From Felis catus (Eukaryota), in assembly GCF_018350175.1 (NCBI RefSeq), contig NC_058371.1, forward strand, positions 136,152,001-136,216,000: a DNA stretch of 64,000 bases, in the 5' to 3' direction. The notes beneath the pieces are model-generated. The model had not been told where the DNA came from, did not search any database, and was given only the letters and a program-made list of their open reading frames with translations. Below, piece after piece: positions 47,390-57,570 of the stretch (position 1 is the stretch's first letter; each line of letters begins with the position of its first letter). Made by a program: the position numbers and the translations under genes.

Positions 47390-47560
47390 TTTTTCAACCT
47401 TTCATTTTGAAATAATTTCAGATTTGCAGAAGAATTGCAAAGATGGTATAAAAGACTTCCATGTAATTTTCACTCAGTTTCTGCTATTGTTAACATTTTA
47501 CATTCCCGTGCAGCATTTATCAAAACTAAGAAAGTAACATTGACGTGATACTATTAATTA
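47390..47560 (-). mobile_element. L1MB-type 3' end
   Basis: ttttgaaataatttcagatttgcagaagaattgcaaagat...catttatcaaaactaagaaa. Confidence 0.75.
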
Positions 47561-47564
47561 AACA

Positions 47565-48035
47565 ACAGCTTTACTCTTCCTCTCCAGAATTATTTTTGCC
47601 TCTTTTAGTTCCTTTGCATTTCCATGTAAATTTCAGAATCATTTTGTCAATATCTACAAAATACTTTGAGATTTTGATTAGAAATGCATTGATTCTAAAG
47701 ATCTACAGACTAAACAATATTGAATCTTAAAATCCATGGGCAGGTTTTATTTCTCTAGCTACTTAGTTCTTCTTCTACTTTTTAAATCATGTTTTGTACT
47801 TAATATATGGAAATTGCACACATTTTCTTTCATTTATACCTACATACTTTATTGTTCTGGCCCTATTATAAGTAGTATTTTTTAAATTTCAATTTTCAAT
47901 TTGTCATTGCTGGTATATGGGAAAATAAATGACTTCTTTATATTGACTTCATAGCCTGTGTTCTCACTGAACTCGACATTTCTAGAAGCATTTTTTATAG
48001 ATTCTTTAAAATTTTCAATGTAGACAATCATGTGT
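47565..48035 (-). mobile_element. Ancient L1 ORF2 remnant
   Basis: cctttgcatttccatgtaaatttcagaatcattttgtcaatatctacaaaa...gtcattgctggtatatggg...gtagacaatcatgt. Confidence 0.8.
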
Positions 48036-48039
48036 GATG

Positions 48040-48620
48040 GTAGGAGGTGTGGAACAGAAAGCGTCCTCTGATGTTATGATTAAACTTGAGTCTAAGGCAG
48101 ATATTCAGCATCTGGGGTCCTTCTAAATGCTCCGGCTCTTCCTCTAGCTCTAATGTTGGGCTTAGCATGTATTGCTGTTTTTCCCAAAAAAGGCAGCACA
48201 TTTTTATATTTCATGTTCCTTTACTCCAGATGCAGTGGGCTTCAACCAGTGTACTAAAGTACACTGAAGTAAAGTTGTTTTTTCCTCTGTAGATTAAGAC
48301 TTTTTCACCAGGGAGATAGGAGATACGGGTCTGGGGATAGTTTTACTAGGGCCACCGTCTCCTCCATCAAGCTGGCATTACAAGGGAAGCTTTTTGGGGA
48401 TTCTTCCTGATCTTCCCTGTGAGCATCTTGAAGAGTTTGTGGACAAAAAGGTTGTTTGAGGGTGAAAGGCCCCTATCACTGCATTCTCCAGAAAACTTGA
48501 TTAACTGAATTTTGATGTGCTTTTCAGCTGCTAAATTCTATGGCTTCTGAATTACAGGTTTCCACGTCTGTTTCTTTCTTTCATCTTATCTCTTAGGCAC
48601 ATTTTGTGAAAGATATTTAC
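48040..48620 (-). mobile_element. Probable ancient L1 (L1MC/MD) 5' UTR remnant
   Basis: gatcttccctgtgagcatcttgaagagtttgtggacaaaa resembles the antisense L1MC/MD 5' end. Confidence 0.4.
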
Positions 48621-48703
48621 TAACATTTCAAGATCTTCAAAGAAAGACTATAATAATATGTTTTTAATTAGCATCCTTCTATTGGGTGCTTTAAATACAT
48701 TAT

Positions 48704-48923
48704 GGGGTGCCTGGGTGGCGCAGTCGGTTAAGCGTCCGACTTCAGCCAGGTCACGATCTCGCGGTCCGTGAGTTCGAGCCCCGCGTCGGGCTCTGGGCTG
48801 ATGGCTCAGAGCCTGGAGCCTGTTTCCGATTCTGTGTCTCCCTCTCTCTCTGCCCCTCCCGCGTTCATGCTCTGTCTCTCTCTGTCCCAAAAATAAATAA
48901 ACGTTGAAAAAAAAATTAAAAAA
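48704..48923 (+). mobile_element. SINEC, young felid subfamily, near-consensus
   Basis: Pol III A box TGGCGCAGTCGG and B box GTTCGAGCC are intact, with about 16 CpGs retained. TSD aaatacatt at 48693-48701 and 48924-48932. Confidence 0.98.
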
Positions 48924-49039
48924 AAATACATTGAATAGTGAGACTCTCATTTATGTATAATAATTTTAATGCCCCTCACAAAAATTATTCCTCTGTAGTG
49001 TACATGATTATAATTATTACTTAACTTCTTATGATAACT

Positions 49040-49142
49040 AAGCAGGGCTGTTTATTTCTCATCTTCAGTCTAGCATCTAGCACAAGGACTTGAATGTTGT
49101 AGATTCTCAATCTATATTGATTGTATGGGTATCAATGAATGA
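49040..49142 (+). mobile_element. L2 3' terminus
   Basis: gcagggctg...tctagcatctagcacaagg...aatgaatgaa. Confidence 0.55.
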
Positions 49143-49713
49143 AAACTTGAATGTACCCCCCAGAACAGTTACAGTGTCAAAATTAATGACAAATGGTCAA
49201 ACAGACTGTGTGAGTGACTTATCACATTCCAGGCCATTGTGCTATTAATGACTATGGACAGAAAAATGCTGATTGTGTACTATGTACATTTAAAGTGGAT
49301 CCAGGAAGCCCAACCCAGCCCAGAAACAGTATAGACAAAGGAGGGAACTGTTTCCCCATCAAAAAAAAAAAATGTCCTCATGTGTCTGCTAATGCCCTAA
49401 ATGATTAAAAAAAAATTTTAAGCTTTTAATACCATAATTGATTTAATCTCAGACTAAGGGGAATAAGACTAAGTAATATTCTTTTCCAGTAGCCGATATT
49501 GATAGGGTAAAGAAGTAATTGGAACAGAAAGGAGAAAAGTCAGGAAAACGAACCCTGCCAGGTATTGAAAACAGCTTTGTCAACTTCATATTTCTAAATG
49601 GGACTTGCCCCAGTCAGTGATGGTGGGCTGCTGATCCTGAGCTGCCACATGTAGTGGCTTCGAGCTTTCTGGGTTGTACGGGGAGCAGAACAGTATTGGA
49701 TTCTCTAGGATGG

Positions 49714-49770
<57 letters not shown>
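49714..49770. repeat. (CTTT)n microsatellite flanked by a 17-bp direct repeat
   Basis: ttctctaggatggcttt at 49701-49717 and 49768-49784. Confidence 0.97.
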
Positions 49771-49771
<1 letters not shown>

Positions 49772-50059
49772 CTAGGATGGCTTTAATGACTGAGCCTGTA
49801 TGGTAGTACACCTGGAGAAGTTCCTGAGTAGACACACACCTCTGGGTTTTACTCAGATATCACTTAGCCTATCCTGAAGCAGAAAAAGGGTGATTTCCTT
49901 GAGTTGAATACAAGTTCTAGAATTTTCTAAGAATACTGGGGGTGAGAGCAGCAGGAAATAGCATCCATGCTACACAGAAAGTTGGCCCATTACTACTGTC
50001 CTGCCCACATGAACTGGCAGCTCCTACTTACCTGCTTTGCAGATCTAATATTTTTAAAA

Positions 50060-51040
50060 CATCAACTATGAGTTCAAAGTGAGAGCAACCATTATAACCA
50101 TGTTAAGGGTAGATGCAGAGTAAACCATGGTTGGGGTTTTATCGAGAAAGTTTGAATGGGAGACCAAAGCCACTGAAGGTTTACGCAGAGGAATGATTTT
50201 ATTTATAGACCATTCCTGAGCCTTTAAAGAAGGAAGTGTGCATATAAGCAGATAGTACAGTTAAGGGTTAGAGATGTTAATACATCAAACTGTTTGAATA
50301 GAAGCACTTAAATGTAAACTGGGAAGAAAGGAATTGGGATAATTGAAATTGAGATTATAGAGGGAATGTGATTATTGGTAATGATAAGGTTGAAATAATG
50401 GAGTAGTTGGGTTAGTGGAGTCCATTACTGGAAGTAAGGAAACCAAGAAGTTGAGAAGTCTTGGAAAGAATATTGATGTGGATGTTGAAATGACCACGAA
50501 TTATTAAGATAGTAGTGTTTGAGAGAGACCAGTTACTAAAATCTGCAGGAAATGAGGTCTTACAGAGATCTGGGGATGGTTGCTTCAAGGAGGGGTTGAG
50601 TGTGGTATAGTCTGTAGCAAGACCTCCAGAAGAAGTGTGAAGTTTAAAAAAGAGAGAAGAAACAATGCATGGTGAGCAGCCCATTGGCAGAAGGTGTGTA
50701 GGAGGGAAGCAGCCACTGTTCCACAGGGGTGTTGGTAAAGAGAGTAAACTTGTGATAAAGCAAGAAAGTGAAGAGAAACATTAGGGAAGAGATTGAAGCT
50801 CTAGAAATTTTTCTCATGACAGACTCTAAAAGGTTCAGAAATTTGGAATGCACTGTGAAATTGAGTCCAATTTGGGGATGTATAAAGCTACATGGTATGA
50901 GAATCCAGGTAATGAATGGTAACCTGAAAATTTTTGATTTCTTGTGCTCATAAATTTGCCCAGAGTTTCTTAGAAAGCATGTGGTCATGATGTGAGTGTT
51001 TGGGTCTTGCCAGGATCTAAAGGAACCTTAGTGGGTCTCT
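50060..51040 (-). mobile_element. L2 remnant including the ORF2 endonuclease region
   Basis: The - strand translation SFPADFSNW...ILIIRGHFNIHINILSKTSQLLGFLTSSNGLH, then FNLIITNN in a shifted frame, follows the APE-endonuclease GDFNxH / LDLVIT pattern. Confidence 0.7.
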
Positions 51041-51069
51041 ACATCAGTCACACTGATGGTTGTGTCCAA

Positions 51070-51220
51070 GTTGGTAGAGGTGGTCCTATGAAGTAAGCAT
51101 TGTCACATTTCACAGAAGGAAAAATGAGTTCAAAGAAGTTAAATGATTTGGCAAAGGATAAAGTGTGGCAGGGCCTGGACTGAAGACCAGATTTGTCAAA
51201 TCTCAAAGTCTGCATTATGG
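51070..51220 (-). mobile_element. MIR
   Basis: cctatgaagtaagc...atttcacagaaggaaaaatgagttcaaagaagttaaatgatttggcaaagg. Confidence 0.7.
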
Positions 51221-52108
51221 AAGGTCTGATGGCTGCCTTCTCTTAACTATAAGGCTCAATTTTTCCTTTGGGCTACTGTTTTTATCAAGTTTTTAGTGAT
51301 TAATCCTTCATTAGTCAATTGAAACAGTGACATTTTTGAAATCATGTTCGTATACAAATAACACATGACAATTGCAAATTTCTTTTTACTTTTCTTATTA
51401 TCATCACAACCTGATTACATTACTATTCCACACAATCATTCAGATGTTTATGTCATTAAAATGTACCAAAATGCTTTCACCTTTTAAGCAATAGACCAAA
51501 ATACCCTTTTAGTTTCTTATACATATTGTGGAAAAGAATACATGCTCCTAGTCAATTTACAGGAAGATTGGAGGTAAACAAAATAGAATATAGCATTTGT
51601 TATATACACTGACACACAAACCAAAATAATAGTATTTGGAATTCTTGAATCATGGAGTATAAGAGATTTTGTTTCACTTTGGTTTTTTTCCTTCTATATT
51701 CAAAGTGCCTAGAACAGTAAATGAATAGGCATTTAGTTTGTTCCCATTTTATTACTGCTACAAAAAAATGTGATAAACCCCCCCATCAATGTCTTTTTGA
51801 GCATATGAATAAGAATTTCCATAGGATGCAAAAGTAGAAGTAGAGTTACTAGAACCTCAGATATATATATCTCATACTTTTTAGATGCTACTAAATTATT
51901 TGTTAAACAGGTTGTGCTGATTTACATTCTTAACAGTGTAGAACACTTTCTATTTGTTCTCATTCTCACCAGATTTAAAAATCTACCCACCTGTTAGAAT
52001 GTTGTTTCAATTTGCAATTTCTAGGTTATTAAGGTTATATTTTCTTATGTTTTATTAGCTAGTTAGGTTTCCTCTTCTATTGCCTATTCATACCACTAGC
52101 AACTTTTC

Positions 52109-52228
52109 TCTTCCTTCCTTCCTCCCTCCCTCCCTCCCTCCCTCCCTCCCTCCCTTCCTTCCTTCCTTCCTTCCTTCCTTCCTTCCTTCCTTCCTGTTTC
52201 TTTCTTCCTTCCTCCCTTCTTTCCTCTC
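52109..52228. repeat. (CCCT)n(CCTT)n polypyrimidine tract
   Basis: Visible arrays. Confidence 0.96.
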
Positions 52229-52534
52229 TCTTGCTCTTTCTCTTTTAAAAAAACTCTTTGCCTTTTATAGATTCTTCATATATTTTTGATCCAGCATTTG
52301 TCTGTTACTTGCATTGTGAGTATCTTCTGCAAATTGAAGAGGATTGAAAAGAAGTGAAGCTTTGAATATTAATGCACTCACATTTATCAATTTTCTAAGG
52401 TTTATGGGTTTCATGTCTTCGTTAAGAAATTTTTTTTCTTCTAGTAGGTCATAAAAGATACTATCACTTTATGTTCTAAAGTTTTACTTTTTAAGCACTT
52501 TGGAATTTTGTACACTGTATGAAAGACACTTTTT

Positions 52535-52754
52535 GGGGCACCTGGGTGGCTCAGTTTGTTAAGTGTCTGACTTCAGCTCAGGTCACGATCTCGCAGTTGG
52601 TGAGTTCAAGCCCCACGTTGAGCTCTGTGCTGACAGCTCAGAGCCTGGAGCCTGTTTCAGATTCTGTCTCCCTCTCTCTCTCTCTGCCCCTCCCCCACTC
52701 ATGCTCTGTCTCTCTCAAAAATAAAAATAAACATTAAAAAGTTAAAAAAAGAAA
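52535..52754 (+). mobile_element. SINEC
   Basis: 14-bp TSD gaaagacacttttt at 52521-52534 and 52755-52768. Confidence 0.97.
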
Positions 52755-53313
52755 GAAAGACACTTTTTCCCCATAGGGATGACCAATTTTTTCATTATTT
52801 CTTATCAAATAGTCTTTTTTATTCTCCACTTGTAATGTAAAAGTCCAATATATCCATGCATTTTCTTATAGGTGCTATTCTCTGTTCCATTAGTCTACTT
52901 GTCTATCCTTACACTGCCACACTATTTTGATTATTTGCTACTAACCATTACCAGATTTTAGATATCTGGTAGGGTAATCCTCCTGCTTTATCCTTCATAG
53001 ATTTTTTTAAAACAGTTCTTGGCCACTTATTTTCCTATTTTAATTGTAAGTTCAGTTTATTAAGTTATTTGAAAAATGATTTTGAAGGTTTTGAAGATGC
53101 AATAAATGTATAGGTTTATTTTGAGATGATTGACCTGTTTGTGATACTGACTTTTTCATTTCAGGCATATTATAAACCTTTCTATTATTTAAGCTATCTT
53201 TCATCTCCTTCAACAATAATTAATATTTTTCTTCATAAAAATCTCATACAGGTTTTATTTCTTTTCTTGCTTTATTACACTAGCTACAATAATTAATACA
53301 AGGTTAAATAGAT

Positions 53314-53512
53314 GGGGCGCCTGGGTGGCTCAGTTGGTGGAGTTTCTGACTCTTGATTTCAGTTCAGGTCATGATCTCATGGTTCGTGGGTTCAAGCCCC
53401 ATGTGGGCTCTGTGCTGAGTGCTGAGGGTGGATTCTGCTTTGGATTCTTGCTCTTCTCTCTCTGCCCCTCCCTTGCACTCTGTCTCTGAAAACAAATAAA
53501 TACAAATATTTT
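53314..53512 (+). mobile_element. SINEC (older subtype)
   Basis: ggggcgcctgggtggctcagttggtggagtttctgactcttgatttcag. Confidence 0.94.
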
Positions 53513-53528
53513 AAAAAAGAAGTAAATG

Positions 53529-53718
53529 GGGGCACCTGGGTGGCTCAGTCGGTTAAACGTCCGACTTCGGCTCAGGTCATGATCTCGCGGTCCGTGAGTT
53601 CGAGCCCTGCGTCAGGCTCTGTGCTGACCGCTCAGATTCTGTGTCTCCCTCTCTCTCTGACCCTCCCCCATTCATGCTCTGTCTCTGTCTCAAAAATAAG
53701 CGTTAAAAAAAAAATAAA
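53529..53718 (+). mobile_element. SINEC inserted in the tail of the preceding SINEC, with an internal deletion
   Basis: 16-bp TSD aaaaaagaagtaaatg at 53513-53528 and 53719-53734. Confidence 0.96.
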
Positions 53719-53985
53719 AAAAAAGAAGTAAATGTAATGGGTTTATTTCCTTTATTCTAACTTTAAAGGACACATTCTTTACATGTCGCCAGTGAGAGAG
53801 ATTTGTTGTTATAGGGTTTTCTTAGTTGTCTTTTATCAGGTTTGAGAAGCTCCCTTCAATTTCTTGTGGGTATAAGGTATTTTTACAATTATTAATAGTT
53901 GTTGAATTTTATATAATATTTCCCATACTTATTGAGACAATAAATTCACTTTTAAAGAAATAATGTGTTAAATTGCTTAATAGAT

Positions 53986-54000
53986 TCTTTTCTTTCTTTC

Positions 54001-54044
<44 letters not shown>

Positions 54045-54220
54045 TCAGAAAGAGAGAGAGCAAGTGGGGGAGAAAGGCAGAGGGAGAGAGAGAGAGAATC
54101 TTAATCAGGCTCCACTCTCAGCATAGAACCTGTCACAGGGCTTGATCGCATGACCTGGGATCATGAGGAGCAGAAATCCAAGAGTCGGACATTCAACCGA
54201 CTGAGCCACATAGGCACTGC
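53986..54220 (-). mobile_element. Old pan-carnivore SINEC with a (GAAA)n-converted tail
   Basis: (TTTC)n run, then gagagagcaagtgggggag...gagagaatcttaatcaggctccactctcagc...ctgagccacataggcac. Confidence 0.9.
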
Positions 54221-55999
54221 TCTTGATAGAATTCTTAATGTTAAATCATTCTTTCAGTTCCAATATAAATTTTCTTTAGTCATTGTTAATTAAAAAGTAC
54301 ATTACTGAAATAATTAGTACATTAAAATTTTTGCTTCTATAGTTGAGAATACTTTATAAATTTTTCTTCTTGTACTTTCCTACTCCAGTTTATTTATGAC
54401 GTACATATTAGCATTTGCAAAATAACTTTCACAAATATTTATTTACAACATTAGGAGACCTTTTCTTCTTTTTGTAGTCCACAAACTAATCTATATAAGT
54501 GGGGGGAGGAGGGTTCTCCCTGGAAGTTTGGTAAAACTCACCTATAAATTTGTAAAATTGTATGGGCCCTTTTCTTCTACTTGGGATCAAGTTTGATGAG
54601 ACTGATTTCTTTAATGGGAATAGGTCTATTCAGTGTTTTAATTGCTTACTGAATAAATATTGTCATTTATGCTTTTTTTCCACAGATTTATCCATATTGC
54701 ACACATTTTCAAATTTAGTAGCATAAAATTATTCCTAATTACCTTTTATATTATAATTTTTATTTTTACCTGTAAGTATGTCCATTTTTCCATTTCTAAT
54801 ATTGATTCCTTTTCTTGACACTCTGTCCCTTCCAACCACCCTGAGTTCGGTCACATTTGGCAGAGTTTTGCCTTTTGTCTTTCCAAATAACTGGCTTTTG
54901 TTTACTTGATTCTACTATATTAATTTCTGCTTTTATCTTAACCAGTTCCTCCTACATACATTCTTTAGGTTTTAGTTTGCTAAACTATGTTTTACAGTTT
55001 TACTGTATTGTACTAAAAGTATTTTGTTCAGAATTATATTAATTATTTGGTATTTTTTGAGACTTCCTTAGTGACTTAGAAAGATTTTTTTAGGTCAATT
55101 TCACATATGTAGGTTTATGTATGCTTTAAGATATAATCCTTCTAGAGAAATTAGAGTAACTTCTTCCCTTGCATGTTACTTGAATCTTCTATATTTTTCC
55201 TACTTCTTGGCTGCTTTATTTCTAATTTTTGAGACAGATACGTTCAAATCTCTTAATATCATTATGTATTTGTTTCTATTTGTGATCATAGTAATTTTTT
55301 GCTTCATACAGTTCAAGATTATAGTGTTGGGTGCATACAGGCTCAGGAGTTTTAAATCTCCCTGGTAACTTTCTGTTTTATCATGAAATTCAGACTCTTT
55401 ACATTTATCATAATTTGTAATAACCTTTATAATTTTCTAGTGTTAATATGGCTACATCATTTTTCTTTTAAATTTTTTCCGATAATTTTATTTATATAAC
55501 TATTATGTATATAACTATTTTCAAACTTTAAGTGTCCACATAATATAAACATCATATATGTAGATTTCTTTTTGAAACCCAGTGTCACTTATACATAGCA
55601 CATTACAGGATTTTAAAAATCCAGTCTGAGTGTCTTTCCTTAATATTGAGCTTAACTTGTTACATATATTGTGATTGTTGATTTATCATGTCTTATTGGT
55701 ATTATTTTATTTTGTGTTTCCTAGATATCATGCTTTATATTTTAAATTCCATTGTTCATTAGATTGATTAATTGATTGATTGAAGTATACAGTCAGTGTT
55801 ATACACTGATACACAGACATACAGTGTTATAACAGTTTCATGTGTACAACATACTGATTTGACAATTCTATACATTACTCAAAGTTTACCAAGATAAGTA
55901 TAGTCACCATCTATACTTATCTGTAATAAGTGTTATTACAATATTATTGACTATATTCCCCATGGTATACTTTTCATCTCTGTGACTTATGTGTTTTGT

Positions 56000-57570
56000 T
56001 TTGTTTTGTTTTGTTTTGTTTTATTTGTTTTGTTTTTCTTAATTACATGTTTCCACTGTATTTATTTTTATTTTTTTCTCCTTTTTAAAAAATTTAAAAC
56101 CAAGTTAACATACAGTGCAATAATGGTTTCAGGAGTAGAATTTAGTGATTCATCACTTACATAGAATACCCAGTCCTCATCCCAACAAGTGTCTTTCTTA
56201 ATGCCCATCACTCATTTAGCCTGTCCCCACACCCAATACCCCTCCAGCAACCCTCAGTTTGTTCTCTGTATTTAAGAGTCTCTTATGGTTTGCCTCCCTC
56301 TCTGTTTTTATCTTATTTTTCCTCACTTCCCCTATGTTCATTTGTTTTGTTTCTTAAATTCTACATGAGTGGAATCACATGATGTTTGTCTTTCTCTGAC
56401 TGACTTACTCTGCTTAGTATATGATAGATACATTGCAGTTCTATCCACATTGTTGCAAATGGCAAGATTTCATTCTTTTCTATCACCAACTAATATTCCA
56501 TTGTACATCTTCTTTATCCATTCATCTGTCTATGGACATTTGAGTTCTTTCCATAATTTGGCTATTGTTGATAGTGTGGTGAACATTGGGGTGCATGTGC
56601 CCTTCAAATCAGTATTTTTGTATCTTTTGGGTAAATACCTAGTAGTGCAGTTGCTGGGTCATAGGATAGTTCTATTTTTAATTTTTTGAAGAAACTCCAT
56701 ACTGTTTTCCAGCGTGGCTGCACCAGTTTGCACTCTCACCAGCAGTGCAAAAGTCTTCCCCTTTCTCTGCATCTTCACCAACATCTGTTGTTTCCTCATN
56801 NNNNNNNNNNNNNNNNNNNNNNNNNNNNNNNNNNNNNNNNNNNNNNNNNNNNNNNNNNNNNNNNNNNNNNNNNNNNNNNNNNNNNNNNNNNNNNNNNNNN
56901 NNNNNNNNNNNNNNNNNNNNNNNNNNNNNNNNNNNNNNNNNNNNNNNNNNNNNNNNNNNNNNNNNNNNNNNNNNNTGGTTTTTTTAGGTGTTGAGTTTGA
57001 TAAGTTGTTTATAGATTTTGGATACTAACCATTTATCTGATATGTCATTTGCAAATAATTTTCTGCCATTCTGTTGGTTGCGTTTCAGTTTTGTTGACTG
57101 TTTTCTTCTCTGTGTAGAAGATTTTTATCTCGATGAGGGCCTAATAGTTTGTTTTTACTTTTGTTTCCCTTGCTCCCAGAGACGTGTCTAGTAAGAAGTT
57201 GTTTTATCCGAGGTCAAAGAGGTTGCTACCTGTTTTCTCCTCTAGGATTTTGATGGTTTCTTGTCTTATATTTAGGTATTTCATCCACTTTTAGTTTATT
57301 TTTGTGTATGGTGTAAGAAAGTGATCCAGCTTCATTCTTCTGCATGTTACTGTCTAGTTTTCCCAACACCATTTGCTAAAGAGACTTTTTTCCATTTGAT
57401 ATTCTTTCACGCCTTGTCAAAGATTAGTTGGCCAAACATTTGTGGGTTAATTTTTGGGTTCTCCATTCTGTTCCACTGATCTATGTATCTGTTTTTGTGC
57501 CAATACCATATTGTATAAATGATTACAGCTTTGTCATACAACTTAAAGTCCAGAATTGTGATGCCTCCAG
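56000..57570 (-). mobile_element. 5'-truncated carnivore L1 (3' UTR plus ORF2 part)
   Basis: gtagaatttagtgattcatcacttac 3' UTR and ORF2 antisense motifs. 14-bp TSD cttatgtgttttgt at 55986-55999 and 57571-57584. Confidence 0.93.
56800..56975. other. Assembly gap (176 N)
   Basis: N run. Confidence 1.

Noticed and set aside
48247-48266. Perfect 9-bp-stem palindrome cagtgtact-aa-agtacactg
   Set aside because: Short, inside a probable L1 remnant, and about what chance or one quasi-palindrome correction would give.
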